Assembly (NCBI GenBank): GCA_000004695.1
Contig: CM000152.2
Span: forward strand, 1,600,001-1,664,000
Direction of reading: 5' to 3'
DNA length: 64,000 nt
From: Dictyostelium discoideum
Taxonomy: Eukaryota
Shown: in pieces, positions 17,601-35,853 of the stretch
How the letters are laid out: every line of letters starts with the position of its first letter
How positions within the stretch are numbered: the stretch's first letter is position 1
Notes under the pieces: generated by a model
What the model was told of the DNA's origin: nothing
The model's input: the letters and a program-made list of their open reading frames with translations, nothing else
Database searches by the model: none
Position numbers and translations under genes: made by a program

Positions 17601-18502
17601 TTTAATCAATGAAGTGATCTCAACAAAATATGATTTCATCCAATCAAATTTTTATTTTTATTTTTATTTTTATTTTTATTTTTATTTTTATTTTCCAAAA
17701 CATTTTTTTTTTTTTTTTTTTTTTTTGAGGACAATTTATAATAATTGATCCCAAATCTCTAGTGTGACGGAATCTTTTTTAAAAACCAATTATTTTAATT
17801 AATTGTAATAATTATGGTTTTTTGATTAATTTTTTTTTCTTTTTTCGTTTATGACCCTCTATCTTCCAAAAAAAATAAAAGATAATCACCTGACTTTTTC
17901 GTAAAATATATTAATTTTATTTTTTTTTGAATTTTTTTTTTTTTTATTTTGGATTTTTTTTTTGATTTGATTAAAAAAAAAGATTTGCTTCTAAAATTAG
18001 GTTCCTTTTTGATTTTTTAAAAAGGTTTATTATAATTAACTATTTTATTTTAATTTTATTTTTTATTTATTTTTTATTATTTTTTTTTAAAAAAACGATT
18101 TTTTTTTTTTTTTTTTCTTTTTTTATTGTTTTATTTTATTTTAAAACATTGTTATTAATATTTCATTGTGTGTGGTTTTTTTTTTTTTTTTATGTTGCCA
18201 AGTTATATATAAACAATTGTCAAATAGTTATTAATTATCCGTACTTAATTACCCCCCCCCCCCTTTTTTTCTTTTTAATTTTTTTTTTTTTAATTTATTA
18301 TTTTTTAATTTTTTTTTTTTTTTTGTGTTTAGATTAATTGATTAATATCATTAAAAATTTTAAAAATCGGCTTAAGGAAAAAAAAAAAAAAAAAAAGTGT
18401 ATAAAAAAAAAAAAAAAAGAAATAAAAAAAATAATATAATTATAGATTAATAAATAAAAACAATAAGAAATTATTTTTTTTTTTCCAATAAAAAAAAAAA
18501 AA

Positions 18503-18713
18503 ATGACACATAAAAAAGATAAAGATAATGAAAATTTATCAGAAAAATTAGAAATTCAAAATAAAGAAATTAAAGAGATTAAATTATCAATAAAAGAAAT
18601 TACAAGATCTATTGAAAATGTTTATCAATTATTATTAACCAATAGGAATTTATGTAGTCATTGTCAACAACAAAAATTGAATAATAGTGGTGGTGGTATC
18701 AACAATACCAACA

Positions 18714-18811
<98 letters not shown>

Positions 18812-19200
18812 CTTGTAAATAATAACCATGTAAATAATAATAATAATATTAATATAAATAGTAATGGCATAAATAATACTATAAATAATAATAATAATGT
18901 AATTAATAATAGTAATGGAAGTAGTAGTAATTTATTGGGAACAATAAATAATAGTATAAGTAATAGTTTAAATAATCATGAACAAATTAAATTTTTACAA
19001 AGAAGTAAAACCTTTTCACAAGAGAGTGATATTCTTACACAAACTCTCACTGATAGAGCAAATTATTTAAATAATAGTTTTCAACAAATTGGAAATAATG
19101 GTAATAGATCCCCAAGAAATATATCACAACCACCATCACCATCTTCACCCTCATCATTATCATCTTCTTATTCTTCAACTTCATCTTCCTCATATTTAAT

Positions 19201-19239
<39 letters not shown>

Positions 19240-20851
19240 TTGTAATAATAGTAATAATAGTAGTAGTAATAATAACAATAGTAATAATAATATAAGTAAT
19301 ACACCACCAAAAGTACCAATATTACATTTAAAAAAAGATGTTTCAAATCCAGGATTAATTAAACAATGGATAAGTGATACAGTTAGAATTAAAGCAGATG
19401 ATAAAAATGTTGATGAGAAAATAATAAAATTAGATATTGGTGGTAAATTTTATTCAACTTCATTGAGTACATTAACAAAGTATCCAAATTCAATGTTGGG
19501 TGTAATGTTTTCTGGTCGTTATGAATTACCACGTGATAAAGATGGTAAAGTATTCATTGATAGAGATGGTAAATTATTTGGTTTTATATTATCCTATCTA
19601 AGGGATGGACCATTATGGATACCACCAGTTGATATGGATTTAAAGAGAAGAGTCGAGGTTGAAATGTCCTATTTCGGTCTCCCAAGTATTCAATATACAA
19701 CTCAAGTCGGTATGAGTCCAATGTCAACACCACGTTGTGTTTGTGATGTTAAAAATCAAACACTCGGTCAAAATAGTGAACATCAAGGTATTTGGGAAGA
19801 AATTAAAGGTATGACTACAGGTATAAAATCATTTAGATTATTAATTACAATGAATAATACATTATATGCAATTACTGAACGTATTCATGAACAATCAAAT
19901 GATATTAGTTTAAATAGTGGCAATAACAATAGTAATAATAATAATGGTAATAATACTAGTAATAATGTCAATAGTAATAATAATAATAATAGTAGTATAA
20001 TAATAAATAATAATAATAGTAGTAGTAATAATTTATTAAATTGTAATATAAGTAGTAATAGTAGTACAAATACAAGTGGTAATAATAGTCCAAGTTTAAG
20101 TGGTGGGTCATCATCAGTTACAATTCAATTTGAAGAATATAATATTAGAAGTAATAGTTGGAGTTATATTTGTCCAGTATTAGATTCAATGACTCCACAT
20201 TATTTTGCAGCTGGAGTAGTTGGTGATAGTATTTATGCTTTCCCCGACGCAGGTTTACAACAATCAATCTTTAGATACGATGCCAAAGAAATGAAATGGA
20301 AAAACACTGAAACCAAACTCCCATGTGGTAAAACTGGTTTCAATTTAGCCGTTTTAGATGATTACATTTATATTATCGGTGGTTATAAAGGTTCAACTGT
20401 ATCTGATTCTGTGGAAAGATATCATCCAAAATCAAATAGTTGGTGTTCAGTTAGTAATATGTTAACAAAACGTGCTGAAGGTTCAACTGTAATTCATGAT
20501 AATAATATCTATATTATTGGTGGTTCAATTCCAAATACAACCATTGAACGTTATAATCCTCATTCAAATGTTTGGTCATTCGTTTGTAACCTCAGTAATG
20601 GTCAATTCAAAGTTTCAACAGCCGCTTCAATTGAAGGTAAAATTTATGCAATTGGTGCTGAAAATGAATCTTATTCAAACAACATTGTACTCCAATTCAA
20701 TCCAACTACAAACTCTTGGAAAAGAGTGGCTCCATTATTGGCAAATTCTTATAATCCTCATAGTTCCGTGGTTTTAGATCGTTTCATTTATTTCATTCCT
20801 TGGGGTGGTGGTGGTTCAAATGTTCATAAATATGAAAGTTGTTTTTGTTAA
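18503..20851 (+). CDS. BTB/POZ (T1/KCTD type) plus Kelch-repeat protein with an N-terminal coiled coil and poly-N linkers.
   Basis: Single ORF. The T1-type BTB reads IIKLDIGGKFYSTSLSTLTKYPNSMLGVMFSGRYELPRDKDGKVFIDRDGKLFGFILSYLRDGPLW. It is followed by Kelch blades (AAGVVGDSIYAF, LAVLDDYIYIIGGYKGS..VERYHPKSNSW, IHDNNIYIIGGS..IERYNPHSNVW, IEGKIYAIGA..QFNPTTNSW). Confidence 0.7.
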
Positions 20852-21393
20852 CAATCTATCATAAATTATATATATATTAAATATTGATTTATTATTTTTA
20901 AAACTAAATAATTAAAAATAAATAATAATAAAAGAATTAAAAAAAAAAGAATAATAATAAAAACAAAGATTATTTGGTTTCCAAACTTTTTATTATTTTT
21001 TTTATAAAAAAATTATTTTTAATGGTAATATGGAAATTTTAATTAATAGTAATTTGTTATATTTAATTTCTAAATACACTTACCACCTGTTTTCCAAATA
21101 ATCATTTCGATTATTAAAAGATAAGTTTTTTTTAAAAAATAAAATAAGATTAGTAAATTTAATTTGATTAAAATAGGTTATATAGATTTTTAAAAAACAC
21201 AATAAAAAAATAATAAAGAGAGAGAAATGTTAAATATTTATATTTTTTTTTATATGGCAGATGAAAACACCAAAGTGTTTTAATAAATATATATTTATTA
21301 TTATTTTTTTTTTTTAAGGTTTTATTTTTACAATTTTTTTTTTGATTTTTATATTCTGTTTTACAAATTAAATTGTTCGGGCAAATAGAATAT

Positions 21394-22295
21394 TTATTTC
21401 TTTTGTGGACCGTATCTCTTTTTCTTTTCTTCTAAATCACGATTCATCCACCAAATGGCACCAGCAGAGGAACCAGCACCAGCATCACCAGCACCACCTG
21501 AATAAGCAGCACCACCATATTTCTTTGAAGCAGTACGAACAGCAGCTTCAGCAGAGATAAGGGCAAAGTTGAGTTGTTCCTTTAATGGACCACTATCAAT
21601 TTGAGCGAGCATGTTTGTGGCACCGAGACCTTTGACACCTGGAATCTTTGATTCTTCGGTTAAACGGGCTTTTTCTTCTTCGTAAGCACGAATACGTTTG
21701 TTGACTTCTTCGAGAGCTAAACGAGCTTTTTTGATTTCTGGATGTTCATCGTGGTTCATTGAACGAGTACAGAAATCAGCTGGATTGGCGAAATCTTTGT
21801 ATTGATATAAGAGATATTCGAGGAAAGAGACACGACCATCGAAATTGACATCGACTTTTTCTCTTAATTCTTGTTTACGTTTGAGAGCAGTCAACATTTG
21901 TGGTTGAGAGATTGGGTAGGTGGTTGCATAGTTTTTGTTCTTTGGATCTTCACAGAATTTGCATAATTGTTCATAGAAATAGAGAGCAATATCGAAATCC
22001 AAATCGTTACCTTCATCGTATTTGAAAACGAGTTGGATACCTTTGCAATGCATATCAGCATATTTGATTGTTTCCCAACCAACGGAATAGATGAATTCAG
22101 CTTCTTTGCTAACTTCAGCCCAATAAGCATTCAAAAAGTGAACAGCTTGTTGTGAGAATGGTAATTTGGCAACATTACAGAAAAATTCCATAGCTTCAGC
22201 TGATAATTTTTCAGTGAAGGATTGACCTGCCTTGGTTTCTTTAATGAATTAAAAAGATTTTTTAAAATTAATATTTTATTTTATTTATAAACATT

Positions 22296-22328
<33 letters not shown>

Positions 22329-22514
22329 TTTTTTATTATTATTTTTTTTTTTTTTTCATTCATTATTTATTTAATATTATTATTATTATTATTATTTATA
22401 ATTATTTATTATTTATGATTATTTATTTTAAAAAATTATTTATTAAATTAAAAAAATTAATAATAACTTACGCTCAATACCAGTAAGATTTGGTGCAACT
22501 TTTGTTTCTGCCAT
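21394..22514 (-). CDS. abpB: Calcium-regulated 34 kDa actin-bundling protein (30 kDa ABP), 295 aa. Exons are 22514..22472 and 22238..21394.
   Basis: Exon 1 MAETKVAPNLTGIE plus C ends at a GTAAGT donor. After a 233-nt intron, acceptor ...TTAAAG|AA joins exon 2 (Q)TKAGQSFTEKLSAEAMEFFCNVAKLPFSQQAVHFLNAYWAEV...IWWMNRDLEEKKKRYGPQKK*. This is the sequence I recall for the D. discoideum 34 kDa actin-bundling protein. Codon usage is a higher-GC, highly-expressed type. Confidence 0.9.
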
Positions 22515-22719
22515 TATTTATTATATATGAATTGTTGTTTTGAAAATGAATTTAAAAAAAAAAAAAAAAAAATCTTTTATATTCTAAAAAAAAATTTTCT
22601 AAAAAATAAAAAAATTCAAAAAAAAAATTTTAAAAACCCAACTTTTCGGTGGTTGGATCCACTTTTTAACTGAAAAAAAAAAAAAAAATTGTGGATAGTT
22701 GGGTTGAATAACTTTTTTT

Positions 22720-22750
<31 letters not shown>

Positions 22751-22770
22751 GGGTATTGTGAAAATTTAAT

Positions 22771-22826
<56 letters not shown>

Positions 22827-23708
22827 AAAAAAAAATTAATAATAATTATTTTCGTATGATTTTCATATGAACCTGTCAAAATTTATGACAGGAGGCATTA
22901 AAAAAAAAAAAAAACCCAACCGATTTCTTTCGATTACAAAAAATTGGAATGTTTTTATTTTTTTTTCTTTTTTTTTTAATAATTTTTTTTTTTTTTTTTT
23001 TTTATTTTATTATTTTTTTTGTTTTCTTTTTTTTTTATTATTTTTTTTATTTTTTTTTTTTTTATTTTATAGTTAACTAAAAAACCAAATTTGTGATTAG
23101 TTTACCCATAGTATTGATATTTTAAAAACTACCAAATGGTAAGGTTTTCATATGAAAATTTTTTAGAAAACTTTATAAGAAAACCATCCAATTTTATTAA
23201 TAATCATTGATATGTTTCAAATAATTTTTAAATTTTTAAATTTTTTTTATTTAAAATTTTTTTTTTTTTTTTTTTGTAAAATCTAAAAAAATATCTTTTT
23301 TTTTATTTTTCTTATATTATTTTATTTTTTTTTATTTTATTTTATTTTTTTTTTTTTTTTTTTTTTATTTTTTTTTTTTAGGTGGTTGTGAAAAAATAAT
23401 TTATTTTTATTTTTGTGTGATTTTAATATAACATTCCACATCTGTATATAGCGATAGAATGAAATAATTGAAAGGGTGTACCTGTTATTAATTAAAAAAA
23501 ATAATAAAAAAAAAAACAAAAACCAAAAAATAAAAATAAAAAATAAAATATAATATAAAATAAAATAAAACAAAAATTAAACAAGATAAAATAGGGAGCT
23601 AATGGAAAATAAAAAAAAAAAAAGGCTGACCAACCAGTGCCACATAAAATTAGTTTTTACCACTTTAATGCTGAAATTTTATATATCCAGCCAACCTTAT
23701 TCTCTACC

Positions 23709-23749
<41 letters not shown>

Positions 23750-24151
23750 GAAATTCTGATTTTCTAATTCAGCGTGTGGAAAATAAAAAAAATAAAAAAA
23801 TAAAAAAATAAAAAAAAATTTAAAAAAAAAAAAAAAAATCATAATTATTAATTTAAACTAAAAAGAAAAAGAGGAGAAATTAACAAAGAATACCAATCCC
23901 AATTCTATGTGCGATTCTTTTTTTTTTTTTTTTTTTTTTCGTTTTAAAAATTTAATTTAAATATTTTTTTTTTTTTTTTTATTTTCACTTTTTTTTTCGT
24001 TTTAAAAATTTTTTTTTTTTTTAATTTTTTTGATTTTTTTTTTTTTTTAATTTTTTTTAATTAAATTTTCATGCAACATTGTTTTAGGTTCATTAATTAG
24101 TTTTATACTTTTCTTAATTATTATTTTATACAAAAAAAAAACAATTTTAAA

Positions 24152-24711
24152 ATGTCCAGAACAGTTATTTTAACAAGACGTGAGGTATTTTCATCAAGGT
24201 AAGATAAAATACTTTTTTTTTCTCCAATTTTTTTTCTCCTTTTTTTTTCTTTTTTTTTTTTTTTTTTTTCTTGGAAACTTTGGGAAAATGCTTTTTTTTT
24301 TTTTTTTTTTTAGTTTAGAAAAATAATATTAATAACCAATAAATATTTAGTCATAGATTATATTCTGATAAATTAAGTTTAGAAGAAAATAAAAAGATTT
24401 ATGGAAAATGTATAAATTCTCACGGTCATAATTATGTTTTAGAAGTATCAATCAAGGGTGCAGTCAAAGAAGATATTGGTATGTTTATGAATATTACAGA
24501 ACTTAAAGAAATCTTAAAGGAGAAAGTAATGGATAAATTAGATCATAAAAATTTAGAAAATGATGTACCAGAACTCAAAGGTATTGTAACCACCACAGAA
24601 AATTTATCAATCTTTATTTGGGATCAATTATTCCCATCTTTAAAAGATTTTTTATATGAAGTTAAAATTTTGGAAACAGAAAATAATTTTGTAGTTTATA
24701 GAGGTGAATAA
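24152..24711 (+). CDS. ptsA: 6-pyruvoyl tetrahydrobiopterin synthase (PTPS), about 135 aa. Exons are 24152..24198 and 24351..24711.
   Basis: Exon 1 MSRTVILTRREVFSS plus AG ends at an AG|GTAAGA donor. After a 152-nt intron, acceptor ATTTAG|T joins exon 2 (S)HRLYSDKLSLEENKKIYGKCINSHGHNYVLEVSIKGAVKEDIGMFMNITELKEILKEKVMDKLDHKNLENDVPELKGIVTTTENLSIFIWDQL...VKILETENNFVVYRGE*. This is collinear with the PTPS active-site region (GKC...HGHNY...DHKNLD...TTEN...ETDNN.VVYKGE). Confidence 0.85.
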
Positions 24712-25591
24712 AAATAAAATTATAATAAAATTATAATAAAAAAAAAACAAATTAAAAAAAAAAAAAAACATTTAAAATATAATTATTTTTTTATTTTATT
24801 TTATTTTTTTTTTTAAATTGTAAAATTACCATGTCTGATATTAAATTGGTTTCTTTTATTATTTTTGTTAAAATTTTTATTAATTTTTTTTTTTATAAAA
24901 TTAAACCCACTTTGTTAATGATCAAGATATCCCTACCCGAGTAATTGATTGAAAATAAAAATTATTATTAGTGGGGGCATTTTTTATTATTACAAATTCC
25001 AAATAGATTTTTTTATTTCAGACTGAAACTTATTTTTGTATGAGTATTTTCATTTTTTTTAAATGTCCCAAAAACTGATTATTTTATGAGGTTTTTTTTT
25101 TTTTTTTTTGCACATATTTAATTAATATTTTTTTTTTTTATTTAATTTTATTTTGTTTTATTTTTTTTTAAATATCTTTTTAAATACAATTGGAGAAAAT
25201 ATTTTGGTGACTAACCTTTTTATTGACAATTTATTCCAAAGAAGCTTTGAATAAAATGAAAAATATTATAATTTTTTTAAATATCATATCTTATTATAAT
25301 TTTCATATTTTTAATTATTTTCCAAAATAAAAAAAAAAAATAATAAAATTGATAATTATCAATATAAAAGCCAATTAAATACATTAGATTTATTAATTGA
25401 ATCGAAGGTCATCGATTCAAATTTACAAGAAAATAATAATGATAATGATTGTAATTCAAGTCCTTCCGAAATTTCCAATCAAAGTAATGAAGATATTTAC
25501 TATATTAAAATTGAAAAAAATTCAAAAGTATTTTTTGGAGGATTTATTTCAAAAATGATTTCAAACGGTAGACCAACTTACCTACCCTCAG

Positions 25592-25898
25592 AAATAGTTT
25601 CAAGTACCCAGATTTCTCTATTATTGCATTAAAATTAACACATTGCGACAATTGCATAATTGATCCAGGTAATTATTATTATTTTTATCTTAAATATTAA
25701 AAAATGATACTAATAATTAAAAATATTACTACAGATTTCTCTGTGTTATTGTCCTCAGATTTCGATAAAACTTGTGATAAAAGTGGAACTCCATCATATG
25801 TTATAGCCCTATCAATTGTTTTACCAGTTTTTGGTATATGTGCTATTGTGATTCCAATTGTCTACTATAGAAATCATCAAAAAGGGAAAAAACTATAA
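25592..25898 (+). CDS. 3' part (two terminal exons) of an uncharacterised single-pass membrane protein. Proposed exons are about 25592..25668 and 25735..25898.
   Basis: The terminal exon (D)FSVLLSSDFDKTCDKSGTPSYVIALSIVLPVFGICAIVIPIVYYRNHQKGKKL* has a TM helix and a short basic tail. It is joined in frame through a 66-nt intron (CCAG|GTAATT at 25669, TACTACAG acceptor at 25733-25734) to an upstream exon ...FKYPDFSIIALKLTHCDNCIIDP. That exon is a paralogous repeat of the start of the last exon. Upstream exons are not resolved; a further ORF at 25396..25630 in another frame may belong to the same gene. Confidence 0.25.
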
Positions 25899-26036
25899 CT
25901 TGTTTAAAAAATTCTCTCAAGCAAAATAAATAATTGTTTATTTTAAATATATTTGATTTAAATATGTTGTACAATAAAATCTTTTTTAAATTTTATTAAA
26001 CTTTATTTTTTTTTTTTTTTTGGTGTGATTTGGGTA

Positions 26037-32840
<6,804 letters not shown>

Positions 32841-32881
32841 TTTTTTTATAAATAAAAAAAAAAACTATTTGTGTTGTATAT

Positions 32882-32912
<31 letters not shown>

Positions 32913-33444
32913 TTATATTTTTATTTATTTATTATTTAAAATATATATATTATATAATTTATAATATAAAATTATTAACTTAATATAATCTTAAGATATT
33001 AACATATAATTATATATATATATATATTATTTATTATTATTATTGTATAATAAAAAAAAAAAAATAAAAAAAAATAAATTAAAAGTTTTAAAGATTTTTT
33101 TTATTTTTTTTTATTTTTTTCATTTTTTTTTTTTATTTTTTTTTTTTTATTTTTTTTTTAATTATTTTTTTATTTTTTAAGTCGCCAATATCTCAAAGAA
33201 TTGTTTACATAAAAAAACAAAAAAATTTAAAAATAAAACAAAGAAATTTTAAAATATTAAGAAAAAAGAAAAAAAATAAATAAAAAATCCAAAAATAAAA
33301 AAATAGTTACCAAAATAGTTAACTTAATTTTTTTTTTTTTTTTTTGCAATTAATTATTTTGTTTATTTTTTTAAAAATATTTTTTTTTTTTTTTTTAAAC
33401 AATTTGTTTAGTTTTTTTTTTTTTTTTTTTTTTTTAAATTTGAA

Positions 33445-33768
33445 TTATTTAAGTTTAATTTTGGAGTACAAAAGAATGGAAATGAAAAAAATCATTGGAT
33501 AATTATACCATGGATCTGTCATTATTAGTTTAATTTGAACCCAAATAACTAAAATTAATAAAACTATAACCAATTTAAAAATAACTCCAGAATAATATAT
33601 TAAATGTTTTCCGAGTTCATTATATGTATCAATTGTAAGATTGCTAGAGGTTGACAACATATTTACATTTTCAATTGATGGTTGAAATTTGTCTATTAAA
33701 ATATCAGTAGCTTCTTCTAATCTCTTACTAATAAAAGATTTTGATGGTTTAGTATTTGAGGCACCCAT
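33445..33768 (-). CDS. Small tail-anchored/TM protein of 107 aa with an N-terminal MGxxxT/S (possible N-myristoylation) motif.
   Basis: Single ORF MGASNTKPSKSFISKRLEEATDILIDKFQPS...NELGKHLIYYSGVIFKLVIVLLILVIWVQIKL. It has a soluble 55-aa head followed by a hydrophobic helix. Confidence 0.4.
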   Translation of the reverse strand: MGASNTKPSKSFISKRLEEATDILIDKFQPSIENVNMLSTSSNLTIDTYNELGKHLIYYSGVIFKLVIVLLILVIWVQIKLIMTDPWYNYPMIFFISILLYSKIKLK

Positions 33769-34322
33769 TTTTTTATTATTTTAGAATATTTCTAATATTA
33801 AAGTTTAATTATTTTAAATTTTTTTTTTTTTTTTTATTTAAATATTTGATACCAAAAAAAAAAAAAAATAAATAATAAATAAATAAATAAAAACAAATAA
33901 AAGCTAATAAAAAAAAATATATTAAAATAAGGATTTAAAAAATTAAAAAATCACTTATTTTTTTAAAAATTTTTAATCACTTCACCAAATTTTTAAAAAA
34001 AAAAATTATTATTGTTATTAAATATTGATTATAGTTATAAATATTTTATTTGTATTATCCCAATTCAACAAAAAAAAAAAAAATTATATTATTTCCTTGG
34101 AGGAATTTCTGATATTTGTTAAATATATATATCTTTTTTTTTTCCTTCTTAAAATATTAAGTGTAATGATTTTTTTTAAATTTATTGAATAATAAATTAA
34201 ATTAAAATCATTGATGGAGTTGATATTATTTACAAATTTTTTTTTTTATTTTTTATTTTTTATTTTTTTTTATTTTTTTTTATTATAAATTTAGATATGT
34301 TTGTTTATTTTTTGAAATACTA

Positions 34323-34622
34323 TTAATTGGTTTTAATTTTGTTTGATGAAGTGAAAATTTCTTTAAGTTTACATAATATTGCTAAAATTATAAAAGCAAC
34401 TAATAAAGGCAATATAATGCTAGAGTATAGTTGTAGCTGTTCTCCAAATTCCTTATAAGGCTTTAATGTGGATTCAACGGTTCTACGTGATGAAATAGCT
34501 AATTCTTTATATAAATCAATAGCTTTATTTGAATTTATAATTGGTGGTTCAATTATTTCTGATAATTTTCTAAATTCATTAACAATATTATCAATATTTT
34601 TTCCAATATCCAAAATTCCCAT
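34323..34622 (-). CDS. Small TM protein of 99 aa, paralogous to the ORF at 33445..33768.
   Basis: MGILDIGKNIDNIVNEFRKLSEIIEPP...KEFGEQLQLYSSIILPLLVAFIILAILCKLK has the same layout as the neighbour (Y.E.G..L..YS.I..L...I.L.I). Same strand, about 550 bp apart. Confidence 0.4.
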   Translation of the reverse strand: MGILDIGKNIDNIVNEFRKLSEIIEPPIINSNKAIDLYKELAISSRRTVESTLKPYKEFGEQLQLYSSIILPLLVAFIILAILCKLKEIFTSSNKIKTN

Positions 34623-34764
34623 TTCAATTTTTTTGTTATTATTTATTTTTTATTTTTTTTTAATTTTATTTGTGAATTTATGACCAAACAAAATTTTTAA
34701 TAAAAAAAAAAAAAAAAAAATTAAAAAAAAAAAATTTAAGTTGATCTTCAATTGATTGATTTCT

Positions 34765-34796
<32 letters not shown>

Positions 34797-35135
34797 TTTA
34801 ATTTTAAAATAAATTTAATTTTTATTTTTTATTTTTTATTTTTAATTTTTTACATAGAAAACTTAATAAATATTATTTACACACACATAAAAATTATTTT
34901 CTAAAAAAACGACATGTTTCGCCACTTTTTTTTTATTTTTTATTTTTTTTTTTTATTTTTTATTTTTTATTTTTTATTTTTTTTTTTTATTTTTTATTTT
35001 TTATTTTAATTAAAAAAAGTGATGTTTGTTTTATTGTAACTAATTTCCTTCCCACCTTATACCGAATCATAAAACGTTTTGATATCATCACATTTAAAAA
35101 ATAAAAAAAAAATAAAAAAAATAAAAAAACATAAA

Positions 35136-35168
<33 letters not shown>

Positions 35169-35388
35169 AAAATTAAAAAACTAATTCTTTGTAATAATTT
35201 GTAAATAAATAAAAACAATAGATTACTGTACTAACAATAATATATAAATAAAGCTATAAAATTACCATAATATTTTTTTTAAAAAATAATAAAAAAAAAA
35301 AAATAATAATAATAAAATAATTATAATAAAATAATAATAATAAAAATAAATTAAATATATTATTATTTAATTTAAAAAAATTGAATAG

Positions 35389-35422
<34 letters not shown>

Positions 35423-35439
35423 AGAAATTTTTTTTAAAA

Positions 35440-35819
35440 ATGAGTTATCCAATTTATTCAGATAAATCAATTAGAAGAGGAGATAATGATGGATTAGGAG
35501 AAGATTATTATGAAAAAAATAAAGATGAAACATCATTCACAAGAACTCAATTATATCAACCAGTGATTCAACCATTACATTTCGATGAAGATGATTTAAA
35601 TATCATTGCAATGGCAAGTAATAATTTAACGACTCATGCACGTAAATCAAGTTTAGAATCACCAATACCGCCACCATTACATAATGATATTGGTTCAATT
35701 AAAAAGAGTATTAGTACAAATGGTAATTCATTCTCAACATTAAATAGGAATCAATCATCACATGAATATAAATCACCAGGTTTTTATAGAACGCGTAGTA
35801 TAAATGATACATTATCATC

Positions 35820-35853
<34 letters not shown>

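Noticed and set aside
22637-22706. Imperfect inverted repeat GGTGGTTGGATCCAC / GTGGATAGTTGGGTTG as a possible transposon terminal inverted repeat or hairpin RNA.
   Set aside because: The arms are only about 60% complementary and separated by an A-run, with no TSD or flanking element features. It is kept only as a possible promoter element (see findings).
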